NCBI RefSeq assembly: GCF_964355755.1
Contig: NC_092670.1
Span: 36,196,388-36,260,387, forward strand
DNA from: Antedon mediterranea
Taxonomy: Eukaryota; Animalia; Echinodermata
Direction of reading: 5' to 3'
Length of the DNA: 64,000 nucleotides
Made by a program: the position numbers and the translations under genes. The notes below the pieces were generated by a model, which worked only from the letters and a program-made list of their open reading frames with translations, did not search any database and was not told the DNA's origin. This document shows positions 39,649 to 50,926 of this stretch, piece after piece (the stretch's first letter is position 1; each line of letters begins with the position of its first letter).

Positions 39649-42015
39649 CTATTTTTGAAACACACTTATCCAATCGTAACGATATTTTCGAATACAATTA
39701 CCCAAATGATCCAAAACATAGACACATCCCTCGTGCGTTAAGGCGATGCCACTGACAAAGTTCGCATGCGCGTCAAGCGGAAGGTGAGCTGAAATCAGCT
39801 TGTCATTAGTTTGCTTTTTACCTTCTACATGGAACTGAACAATGCGTTGACTATCGGCCATTCCTGATCCATCTCTGCTGTGACCACGTGCCATGACCGT
39901 ACCGTCGAGCGGGACAGTGATTGATACCCAGCGTACATGTCTGTCCACGGGTATTGAGTGTAGACTTCTTCCCGCTTTATCAAGGTGCTGAATTCTGTTA
40001 TTTCCGACATCAAGAACGAAAAGCGTATCTCGAACGTCAACTCTAATGTCTGTTGGGTGTTTGAATTTCCCGGGTATCGATCCTTCACCGCCGATTGTAC
40101 TCATCAGAACGTCCGAACCGGGGTATGGTGTGCCGCAATCGTCATCATTGCCTTTAAACGTGTATACTACATGATTTGAATAATCACTCACGTATATGCG
40201 TCCTTTACTGCAAGTAGCAAGACCACGAGGGTCACATGATCCCCTACGTTTTACCTTAAATCGTTTTAACAGCTGTCCGTTCATGTGTAGAACCTGCAAG
40301 AGGCCGGTTTCGTAAAACAGCAAGACAAGGCGGTTCAAGCAGTGATCATAAGCGATTCGAGTCGGGCCGCTATCAATGCCAGGGATTTCAATATCACCGA
40401 GATATTTACCATGCAGGTTAAACCTCTGTAATCTTTTATTCTCCTCCGTGTCTGTAACAAGGAGTTCTCCTGACTCTGTAACCGCCAGATCAGAGAACGA
40501 TGAAGACCCTGGCGGACTGTCTTCCCCGCCTATCTGAAGATGGTCTGCAATTGATATGTCAAATGGTTTTTCAATTTTTTGGCCATGTACTGATAAAATA
40601 ATTCTATGTCTACCTTTCTTCTTTGTGTAAAATGTCACATTGAACGAATTGTTGTTGCCGTCTACCTTGAGATCGGCATATTCGCCGTCTGGTGTTAGGA
40701 TTTTGGCGCTGATGTCTCTCAAAGTGAGAAAACTAGAACCAGTGCACGAAGCCTTGATATTTACTTTGCAGCGACCTCCTACCCAAGCCTGACTTCTCGA
40801 GACCATGTCAATTTTGGTCGTAGAAATTGTATAAGGACTTTCCGGTAGTTCTTCTTCAAATACATACAAATGCATAATATACTCGCCATCACACGAAGGC
40901 TTGAATGTGACCTGATAACAACCATTATCCATATCTGCTACGATGGCTTCAGTCGGTGTTTTGTCAGGTGTGATCAGAGTGGCCCTGATAATGTCACCAC
41001 CAGTGAGATTCTTTTCTCCCATATAGTCTGTTGCTTGTATTGAAATTATGCATTTCTCTTCAACAAACGCTGGACCGATATGCACTGTACACCTACTCGG
41101 TGCGGTCTTCGTATCAAATTGAACTGTAGAATTCATGCTAGCAGATTTTATATTTTGCATCAAGTTTTTTCGTATGAAATACTGTCGGTATGGCATTGCG
41201 TCAGGAGCTTCAAGTGGCGTTCCAGAGTTCTGTTCAATCTCTGACATTGACTCTGTTAGATAATGGCATAACTTGGCACGAACAAACTGTGTTTGTGATT
41301 TAAACGCTTCATCCGCGTCTATCTCATGACATTCTATAGTATCGATTTGAAGTTTTAATACCTTCTGAGCATGCGTAAGCTCTGCTAAAGGTAAGGCGGA
41401 AGCAGATTTTACTTCTGAAACTAACTGATCTTCGTAGTCTTTCAACCATTTGCGACAGTCGCGAAACTTGTCCTTTATGGCTCTCATGTCTGCTTCGGTA
41501 GCACTCTTAACGGTTTCCAGCGCTGTCGTAACCGACTGTTGTACGTTTATTAACCGTTCCTTCTCCACTTGCATCCTATTTAATCGCATATTTGTCTCTG
41601 ATCGTATCTGCTCTTCGAACGTTTGTAAGTTTTCGACGCTATGTGAACCATTCGAGTGTAAACTGTCTGCGCAGATTTTGCAGAGTCCTTCTCGACATGT
41701 TTTACAATATTCAGTAATTGGCATATCACCATGCAATCCACAAACCTTCCCTGGGTCGTTGTCTGTCCCGTTCCAAACAGGTTGCATCATAACGTATTGC
41801 GATTGCGGCCGCTTGGCGGCACAATCAGGACAGTCAACTGTCCGCGTGCCGTCATCAGTAAGTTTGTCTATACACTGTTCGCAAAATGTATGTCCACATT
41901 TTGGTATTACGGTGGCAATGTTTGCATTGTCGTCAAACATCTTGTAGCATATCTTGCAGACACATGACGGCATCATGCCGCCGCCTGGGAAACACTGTAT
42001 TGGTGGGGACTCCAT
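39649..42015 (-). CDS. TRIM-NHL E3 ligase (RING, B-box, coiled coil, 2 filamin repeats, NHL), TRIM2/3/71-like, intronless CDS
   Basis: First in-frame ATG is 42015 (in-frame stop upstream; acceptor near 42147). RING CKIC...CGHTFCEQC...CPDC; B-box2 CGLH...CKTC...CKIC...H; filamin DMDNGCYQVTFKP...SPY; NHL FKHPTDIRVD...VLDVGNNRIQ. Confidence 0.92.
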   Translation of the reverse strand: MESPPIQCFPGGGMMPSCVCKICYKMFDDNANIATVIPKCGHTFCEQCIDKLTDDGTRTVDCPDCAAKRPQSQYVMMQPVWNGTDNDPGKVCGLHGDMPITEYCKTCREGLCKICADSLHSNGSHSVENLQTFEEQIRSETNMRLNRMQVEKERLINVQQSVTTALETVKSATEADMRAIKDKFRDCRKWLKDYEDQLVSEVKSASALPLAELTHAQKVLKLQIDTIECHEIDADEAFKSQTQFVRAKLCHYLTESMSEIEQNSGTPLEAPDAMPYRQYFIRKNLMQNIKSASMNSTVQFDTKTAPSRCTVHIGPAFVEEKCIISIQATDYMGEKNLTGGDIIRATLITPDKTPTEAIVADMDNGCYQVTFKPSCDGEYIMHLYVFEEELPESPYTISTTKIDMVSRSQAWVGGRCKVNIKASCTGSSFLTLRDISAKILTPDGEYADLKVDGNNNSFNVTFYTKKKGRHRIILSVHGQKIEKPFDISIADHLQIGGEDSPPGSSSFSDLAVTESGELLVTDTEENKRLQRFNLHGKYLGDIEIPGIDSGPTRIAYDHCLNRLVLLFYETGLLQVLHMNGQLLKRFKVKRRGSCDPRGLATCSKGRIYVSDYSNHVVYTFKGNDDDCGTPYPGSDVLMSTIGGEGSIPGKFKHPTDIRVDVRDTLFVLDVGNNRIQHLDKAGRSLHSIPVDRHVRWVSITVPLDGTVMARGHSRDGSGMADSQRIVQFHVEGKKQTNDKLISAHLPLDAHANFVSGIALTHEGCVYVLDHLGNCIRKYRYDWISVFQK

Positions 42016-42889
42016 AGTCAAATTCAAAGCGTCAATCGAGCACAATATGGAATATCAACAGCAGTTCTTAGTTCTCGTGCCTTCAAACCAGGTTTACAAT
42101 ATCATACATCATCTTTCATGTTGAACGTTGCTAGAAAATCCTCTTCCTACAAAGAAAATGGAAAATGTTTAGAGATAATAATTCTACATCTAAATAGGAA
42201 ATGATCAGACTGTTACTATTAAAAAACATTTTTACTCTCTCTGGATAAAATATCTAAAACTGGGGAAAGTGAAACAAATTTCCATTTACATACAAATTTT
42301 TAATAAATAATAGGGTCTACTTTTGCAATCTGAAGGTTTTTTCCTCAAACATACAAAAGAAAGATTGAAACCAATCTTGCGTAACAAATGTAATAAAGGA
42401 CGATTGTCTGGCCACGAGGAAACTCGCCAATTATGGAATAAAATACCCCATATGAGCTATTAGTCAGTTGTGAAATATAATGTTTTTCAAACCTTGAAAC
42501 CACTACAACCCAAACTACAACGATAACCACGTAGGCCTACAAAAAAGTATGAATTTCACGAGTTTTTAATTCTCAGTTCTCAAAATCAGTTGTTTCTGAT
42601 ACTGTACGCCTAACCTATCTGGGTATAACACATGTTTTACAATGCATTAAAAACCATGTTCGTCCCATCCCTCTACTAAAACATGCCTTGCAATGTAGGC
42701 CTATCCAATAATCGAAATCGAAAAACAAATGTGGAACACGATATCGAGTTAGTTCAAATTGTTTGTTGTGTAAAACAACAATTCTAGGAGATTCAAAACT
42801 CGGCGTTGACAGAACGAGTATGCCTCTATAAGCCTACCAACAAATAACTAAAACTGCTTAAATATGATGTTTGTATAATAAATAAATAA

Positions 42890-43015
42890 TTTACCGATTT
42901 CACGCTACACTTTTTAATATATGCGCATGCCCTCAAACCGGACATCCTAGGCTTGGCTTTATTACGCACGTACTAATTACAAACGGAAGCAGAGTTCTCC
43001 TGGGAATGTGTATTA
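42890..43015 (-). promoter_or_regulatory. Putative TRIM promoter and first non-coding exon
   Basis: Minus-strand donor G|GTAAAT near 42893; NRF1-like TGCGCATGCC; ETS CGGAAG; ZNF143-like ACATTCCCAGGA. Confidence 0.4.
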
Positions 43016-43072
43016 AAAAAGGTTAAAGTTGCATATGCCCCATTTTCTTAATACAAGATAATAAAGTTTATT

Positions 43073-43280
43073 GGAGCTGTAGCTTGTTGATTAACGTGCT
43101 TGCCTTCCAATCATAGGGTACGGGTTCAATCCTCACCCAGTGCCAGGGTTGTAACTCACGGCTTTTTCACCTCAAATGAGTCTTAGTTTATAAGCACGAT
43201 ACATTATCAAATAGTTTATCCATCTTATAATTGGATAGTTGCTCGCTGTTGATGATGCGGACGAAAAAACAATACATTAT
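43073..43280 (+). mobile_element. tRNA-derived SINE
   Basis: GGAGCTGTAGCTT (A-box-like) and GGTTCAATCC (B-box); body shared with 46643-46860. Confidence 0.75.
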
Positions 43281-46200
43281 CTATCTATTTATTATCATTA
43301 GGCCTACCTTCCTATAGGGTTCTATTCTTTCTATTCATCATAATATAGCAACAATTCTAATGTAACTAATGACTTAGACTACAGTCATATCATATTCTTA
43401 CATGGGATGCAGGATACAGATTGTTAGACATTTTATGATATTTGACATTACAGTACCGGAGGCGTACCGACTACCGGCGGAGGATCCAAATAAATTCTCA
43501 CACAAGCTACTTAATATCATGACACATCACCAAGCATTATAATCAAACCTCTTACCTAATATGACCAAGACTGAGGAGAGGGGACCGGACTCTAATTAGA
43601 AATCAGTTCTCCTACTGGAAAAACAAACCATCACATTTCCTAGCCCATGATCTCAATCCTATAACCGGTGGACATCCAAGTAAAGTATCTGATTACATGT
43701 TCAAACACGTTCAAATTAGGTCTATATTCTTACATATAAAATCTGAAGACATCTTATACTCTACGTCCTATGCGATTGGCACCTATATTTAGATTGAGGT
43801 AGGCCTACAGCAGTTATAATTTACAAGTACTCGAATCACGGAAGTAATGCCCAATTATAGGTATAATATAATTTCCTTTGTATCATAAGCGACGTGACTG
43901 AAATGGTTAACCCTATATATTGTCAACAATGAGAAATCAAGATCCTCCAAACAACCGGATTTCATTCACATACAATAACAGCGATTGTTGGGAAATCCCC
44001 CACTATTTATTATAGGTATTTTAAAGTTGCCAAAAGGCGGAATACACAACACGTATATGGGATATGTTTCATGTGTTCGTCACAACCACAATGAAGGAAA
44101 AAAGAAAGTACAATTCACCATTAATAAGTTTAAAAAATCGAGTCATGATTCCATATAAAGACTAAACTTGTTAGCATACAATATTCTCATTGAAACTGAT
44201 ATACTTCAGGTGGTTAGTTATTAATCGGATCAAGGATGGTAAAATGACTAAACTATTGTTATTTTTCTATAGGCCTATGTGGGTTCATTCCAATTACATC
44301 AAATATTTATAGGTTATTTTCTTCTATCAAAATTGAAGTTAACACACACTATTTTTTATGAAATTATACAAAATACAAATCACAAAATGGTAAACATGGC
44401 AATCAAATTATTATAAATTATATGCAAATTAGCCTATACCAGAAAGTAAAATCAATTAAAAGTCCCAATTGAAACTTCTGTTAGTAAAGCAATATTAACA
44501 TACACATAATATACAAAAATGTTTTAAAAAGTACTATTAAACGATCGTTTAATAGTGCGTACATATTGCACGCCATGTGACCCACAATCGTCCAATCGAA
44601 TGACAGGAATTTATTCATGAGGTGTTATATAAAAACATTAACATGGCAAAGGGAAATTAATTATTATAAAATACAACAAACTGCTTGAAAAGATGGAACC
44701 GTAATGTTTGATAATTAATGGAAACCCGACAGTGCTTTAGTTTAAACTCACATGCACAGTTTTATATTACGTGATGATTCTCATACACTGTTTGCGTAAA
44801 GCTTATAAGAATTTCGGACTATAGCGCAAAGAGGAAAGGTTTATAATCCCCTAAATGGAACTAAAACCGCATACTGTACTACTGTTTTATTTTCATCTAT
44901 TATATGAACAAGACTTTATACGGTACTATGTAAATCCCATAAATTCTACACACGCATTTACAAAATAGCTACTAAAATCCATCATTGCAACCCCCCACGA
45001 GAAACTTACAATCACCAATCGCTACAACAATAATTAATGCTACTAGTTTTGCATTATATTATTCTTGCCTATACTGTACTTTCATACTTTACAATTATTA
45101 CACAGTGGCTATATAAATCGAACGATTGATTGATTGATTGATTGATTTATATTGTACTATCTAACCCCCAGAAATTCTACCATGCATTTACAAAGACATG
45201 GAGTAAAGAAGTAGTTAATAAAATATATCGTTGCAACCCCCACGAGAAACCTACACTTACACAATTGCTACATAATAATGAATGCTATTTGTTTTGCATT
45301 ATTGTATTATTCTTTTCTATACTGTATCTACTGTATACTTACAATTATCAGACAGTGGCCATGTTCTTGGTGGTTTATAATTGTATGATCCTGTTTACGT
45401 TTTCACATTGCATCAATTGCCGTGTAAATTCACCAAGATTCCATGAGGCTTTCTGTATCTCCCTGTGATTCATTCAAATTATACAGAGGAAATGAATTAG
45501 TGAAAAAGCGTTGAGATATGTGAGTATTTATCTAGATCTTTTAATAGCTCCACTCGTCTCACTAAATTCTAAGTAAAATGACGTTACTTCAAGTTAAGTT
45601 GATCATTACCGTATAGTAATAATGCTTAATGTTTTTTAATGTTTATATTTCAAAAGGTCATTATAAAAATTTGGCATATGTGTTTGTTCATTAATGTATG
45701 TATGAATAGGCGTGATTATACAGAAAGTCTCAATAGCATAGAAACTAATTTATCGTGTAAACCAATACGTGTTATGTGTTATTCTGTGTATCCTAATTCG
45801 TGGTTTTTAATCTTGGTCAAAGTACAGTGCAAACACGTCCTATAATCCTACTTTTGACGTATAAAGAGCTTTGTCCACACTGCATCAATTTGTGAACCGA
45901 TTCAACTTTTAACTTTTTATGATGAGCATTGCATGAACGTTAAAAGCGTAATAAAAACATTTATTTAAATTTCCTAGAAATGTGTAATAAGCAGTTCGTA
46001 TAAACGTGTTTATCTTTCAAAATGTCTTCTTGAAACACTTCCCTAATTTAATTTTTAAATAATTATGCTAATTACCTGTGAAATCTTAAAAAGTATAACT
46101 CTTCTCACAATATACTCTGTAATAAAAGAAAGGCACGGTTATTATTTGAAGGATTTAATAGCAAATATTTACAATTAGTTATATATTCGTTCATTATCGG

Positions 46201-46642
46201 AAATAGGAAAGAAATTCCACTTACCGCACTTTCCGACCGGAGAAAAAGTTTTTGTCCAATATGCTTGCTATCAAACAAATCGATTCTGACGAATAGTATA
46301 TTCGTATGCCTTCCGCCTGCTTTGGCATACAATAGAGTGCGAGTGTATAGATTCATCCTATAGAATAATATTGGTCTGAAATATCTTTAAACTTTTAAAA
46401 ATATGCTTTGTGTCTATACAATCACTGACGAAGAAAGCAAATAGACATGTATTGTTCGCATGGTTGGGTAGTAGATTATACCAAAATATATTTCCGGGTA
46501 CACATTTTTAAAAAGTCCTACTTCCTCTCTTGGAAGTAACCGACCACCTCACACACGTATGGGACCACCATTCGTATACTTTCCCCTTCCTTAGTCACTA
46601 CTCTCGGAAGCACCCGTATGGTAAGACTTTCGTCCACAAGAG

Positions 46643-46860
46643 TGGAGCTGTTGTAGCTTTGTGGTTAACGTGGTTGCCTTATAATTCCAAGTTCCAGGGT
46701 TCGTTCCTGACTTAGTGCCAGGGTTGTAACTCACGACTCTTTCAACTCCACCCCCTAACCCTCAAATGAGACTTTGTTTATAAGCACGATCAATTATAAT
46801 ATAGTTTATTCATCCTGTAATTGGCAAGTTACTGTTGGATGCGTACCGTATAAAAAGAAA
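46643..46860 (+). mobile_element. tRNA-derived SINE, same family as 43073
   Basis: Shared AGTGCCAGGGTTGTAACTCACG, CTCAAATGAG and TTTATAAGCACGAT; A-rich tail. Confidence 0.75.
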
Positions 46861-46930
46861 AATAGACTTTCGGAAGCGTCCGCATATATCGGATATCTAA
46901 GATCTTTCGTAAGCGACCGACTTTCCTAAA

Positions 46931-47109
46931 AGCGTGGTTCCCACTGGCGACGCAACGCAAGGACGTAACGCAACGCAAGTGAATTGACCAATCACAAGCG
47001 ATGGCTTATTCGCTTGTGATTGCTAACTGTCTATAACTTCGCTTGTCATTGGTTAAAACGCTTGCGTTGCGTTTACGTCCTTGCGTTACGTTCTAGTGGG
47101 AACCAAGCT
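46931..47109. mobile_element. MITE family B
   Basis: Nearly identical to 24937-25115. Confidence 0.9.
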
Positions 47110-48495
47110 TAAGGGACCACTCCAACAATATTGTATCAACTCATCTTGAAGCCAAGATAATTATATCAAGTTTTCAATATTGGCCTACACGAAACTAGGC
47201 CTATATGACAACAATTTGTTTCAATAATGGGTCGAATGTTTAAAAAATCAATCGAACACAGCAATTAAACTATCGGTGAATTATAATACACCGTTGTTAT
47301 CATTGAATAGAAATAGCATAACAGGCAAAATTATTTTAAATGATAATTATCAAGGAAATGCTCAATATAACATGATCTATTCAGTACTACAGTATTTTTT
47401 AATAAACTATATAAGTACATTGAATATACAGCTGTAAGTAATGCGGACATTTGTATTAATTTTTATCATTATTCTGCAAAGCGTTTGTGCATTGGCGGAT
47501 TTCTAAAAGTGGAATATAAACAAGTTCTATTTAGTTCAAGGCCTCTTTGGTTTGTACTGTAGGCCTACACCTACATCTGTACCCTATTTAAAATATGAGT
47601 TTGCAGCATTGTAAGTCGATGTCTGGTTGATGACTTGATCTATCATGGTCCTATAAAGGTCCACGGTTCTACCTAATGTAGATCTTCTTAAATTCTACGT
47701 TATTTAACAATCAAAATATATATGGTAATATGGGAAATATGTGATATGGTAGTATAAAAGTTACAATTGTTTAAACGCTTTATATGTTTGCAATATGATT
47801 TTCTTATTCTGTGTATAATGTACTATAGTATAACAAACATAATTTTATTTTTAAGAAATAGGTCATTTCTATAAAAAAAAATATTTGTATTCATGGTAAT
47901 ATATAACATGATATGGTAATGTGATATGGTAGTATAAAAGTTACAAAATTGTTTTAAACGCTTTATAATTGTGCAATTTGTTTTTCTTATTCTGTGTATA
48001 ATGTACTATAAAAATAGATAATTTTATAAAATGTCCGAAACAAATAAGACATAAAGACTATTTGTTAAAAAGTGTGGAATATGCTTTTCTTATTTTGTAT
48101 ATAACTATACTGTACTATAAAAATAGATATAAAATGTCCCAAAAAAATAGGACATTTCTATAAAAAAATAAATTGTATTAAAACTTTTAAGACATAAATA
48201 TCTATTTAAAAATAATAATTTTATATTATAAGTCTATCAAAAGCAAGAATACTATGAAATATTTTTTACAAATGTGGAAGACTTAGGGCCTAAAGAAGTA
48301 TGGTTTGACAAAAATTGGTTGTACACTAACTTCATCTTCATCAGTTCCCACAATCCTCATGTGGAAACTGGACAACCATATTCACATACATTCATATTCA
48401 TAAAAAGGATTTAAAAAAAATATATGTATATATTCATATAAATGCACCTATAAAATCTTTACCATAAGATTAAGAAAGTTTAAGTCAAAGTTTAA

Positions 48496-48644
48496 AGCCC
48501 TACAACTATCAAACTTGATAAAAAGATGTGATATGCTCATAATTATATGGACATGATGTCATATCACTACCATATTTGAGCATATTACTACCATATTTGG
48601 GCATATCACACTTTTTTGTAAAACTAGCTTGAGTAGAGAGAGCT
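48496..48644. mobile_element. MITE family A, degenerate
   Basis: Internal repeats and right TIR are recognisable. Confidence 0.7.
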
Positions 48645-48908
48645 TTAAAATCTAAATCTATTGGAAGATATAAATTTTATAAAATATTCTATAACTATTT
48701 TTAATTAAAAATATTTTCTTTAATTTTAAAAATATAATACACCTATGGAAGGCCTTGGTTGAAATCCTGTAACATTTCTGAAAAAAAAAACAAAACAAAA
48801 AAAAATTGGTTTATTAAGAAGCGTTCAAGTTTCAAATTCATTGTGGGTCGGCCTAATAATTTAAATTGAAAAAAAAAACTTTTATTGTACAAATTTCAAA
48901 AGGATTAT

Positions 48909-50060
48909 GGGCCAGATTGGGCAAGTATATATTACCAACCAGATTGGACCAGTAATACAGTATTACCAACAAGATCGGGCCAGTATGTACAGTATCACCA
49001 ACCAGATCGGACCAGTATATACAGTATTAACAACCAGATTGGACCAGTAATACAGTATTACCAACAAGATCGGGCCAGTATGTACAGTATCACCAACCAG
49101 ATCGGACCAGTATATAGAGTATTACCAACCAGATTGGACCAGTAATACAGTATTACCAACAAGATCGGGCCAGTATGTACAGTATCACCAACAAGATCGG
49201 ACCAGTATATACAGTATTACCAACCAGATTGAGCCAGTATATACAGTATTACAAACAAGATTGGGTCAGTATATACAGTATTACTAACCAGATTGGGCCA
49301 GTAATATACAGTATTACCAACCAGATTGGGCCAGTACATAATTGCCAACCAGATTGGGCAAGTATATTATACAGTATTACCAACCAGATTGGGCCAGTAC
49401 ATAATTGCCAACCAGATTGGGCCAGTATATTATAAAGTATTACCAACCAGATTGGGCCAGTACATTATACAGTATTACCAACCAGATTGGGCCAGCCAGT
49501 ACATAATTGCCAACCAGATTGGGACAGTATATTATACAGTATTAACAACCAGATTGGGCCAGTATATCATACAGTATTACCAACCAGATTGGGCCCGTAT
49601 ATAGAGTATTACCAACCAGATTGGGCCAGTATATTATACAGTATTAACAACCAGATTGGGCCAGTACATAATTGCCAACCAGATTGGGCCAGTATATTAT
49701 ACAGTATTACCAACCAGATTGGGCCAGTATATACAGTATTTCTAACCAGAATGGGCCAGTATATACAGTATTCCTAACCAGATTGGGCCAGTATATACAG
49801 TATTACCAACCAGATTGGGCCAGTATATACAGTATTACCAACCAGATTGGGCCAGTATATACAGTATTCCTAACCAGATTGGGCCAGTATATACAGTATA
49901 ACCAACCAGATTGGGCAAGTATATACAGTATTACCAACCAGATTGGGCCCGTATATAGAGTATTGCCAACCAGATTGGGCCAGTATATACAGTATTACCA
50001 ACCAGATTGGGCCAGTACATAATTGCCAACCAGATTGGGCAAGTACATAATTGCCAACCA
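48909..50060. repeat. Minisatellite, 28-35 bp units (main unit 32 bp), ~36 copies
   Basis: TACAGTATTACCAACCAGATTGGGCCAGTATA and variants. Confidence 0.95.
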
Positions 50061-50468
50061 CCATGTAATAAATAAGAAACAGGATGATAATAAATAGTGA
50101 ACCAAATAAAACCAAAACAGTTATGTAAATATACATGTTCCAAAAATACAAAAAAATATGGTGTTTTGTGTGTAAAAATGAATGATTCAATTGAAAATAA
50201 TGTAATGAGCAATGTACCATAAATCCTCACATATTAGGTAACCACTGGATGTTTAACCCACCCCCTACCAACCAGGTTTGTGGATAATTATGGCGGGAAC
50301 ATATGGACTCAACTGTTGACACGGCTTCTGATGTCTTCAACTTACCAGGCATTTTAAAAATCCCTACAAATTTGAATCTATTATGATATTTATGTACAAT
50401 TATTGTGTATTACCAATATTGATTTATTATTATTATCTCACAAGGATTGGCCTCAAATAATAGTACAA

Positions 50469-50862
50469 ATTAGTGGTGGGATTATTTTCAAATATTGACT
50501 TAGTGGTGGGACTATATTCAAATATTGACTTAGTGGTGGGACTATATTCAAATTTTGACTCAGTGGTGGGACTATATTCAAATATTGACTTAGTGGTGGG
50601 ACTATATTCAAATATTGACTTAGTGGTGGGACTATATTCAAATATTGACTTAGTGGTGGGACTATATTCAAATACTGACTTAGTGGTGGGACTATATTCA
50701 AATACTGATTTAGTGGTGGGACTATATTAAAATATTGACTTAGTGGTTGGACTATATTAAAATATTGACCTTGGTGGTGGGACTATGTTCAAATATTGAC
50801 TTAGTGGTGGGACAATATTTAAATATGGACTTAGAAGTGGGACTATATATTCAAATATTGAC
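50469..50862. repeat. Minisatellite, 30-bp unit, ~13 copies
   Basis: TAGTGGTGGGACTATATTCAAATATTGACT. Confidence 0.95.
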
Positions 50863-50926
50863 TTTGTAAGGGTTTATGGTCATTGTTACCATGAACTTAC
50901 GGTGAAATGAAATGCTGAATTCAACT

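Noticed and set aside
41450-41967. Plus-strand ORFs overlapping the TRIM gene (likewise antisense ORFs over HROB and BBS12)
   Set aside because: Antisense shadows of real coding exons.
42016-42045. ORF-track start of the TRIM at 42045
   Set aside because: It is a TTG; the first ATG is at 42015.
43073-43145. Possible tRNA gene
   Set aside because: Poor cloverleaf and a body shared with 46643, so it is a SINE.
48740-48778. Candidate last coding exon of the M6PR-like gene
   Set aside because: Exon 50986-50927 supplies the conserved DG...YxxI tail and the stop; this segment is at most UTR.
48885-50730. Repetitive ORFs (YYQPDWAS, NIVPPLSQYL)
   Set aside because: Translations of minisatellites in several frames with no splice support.
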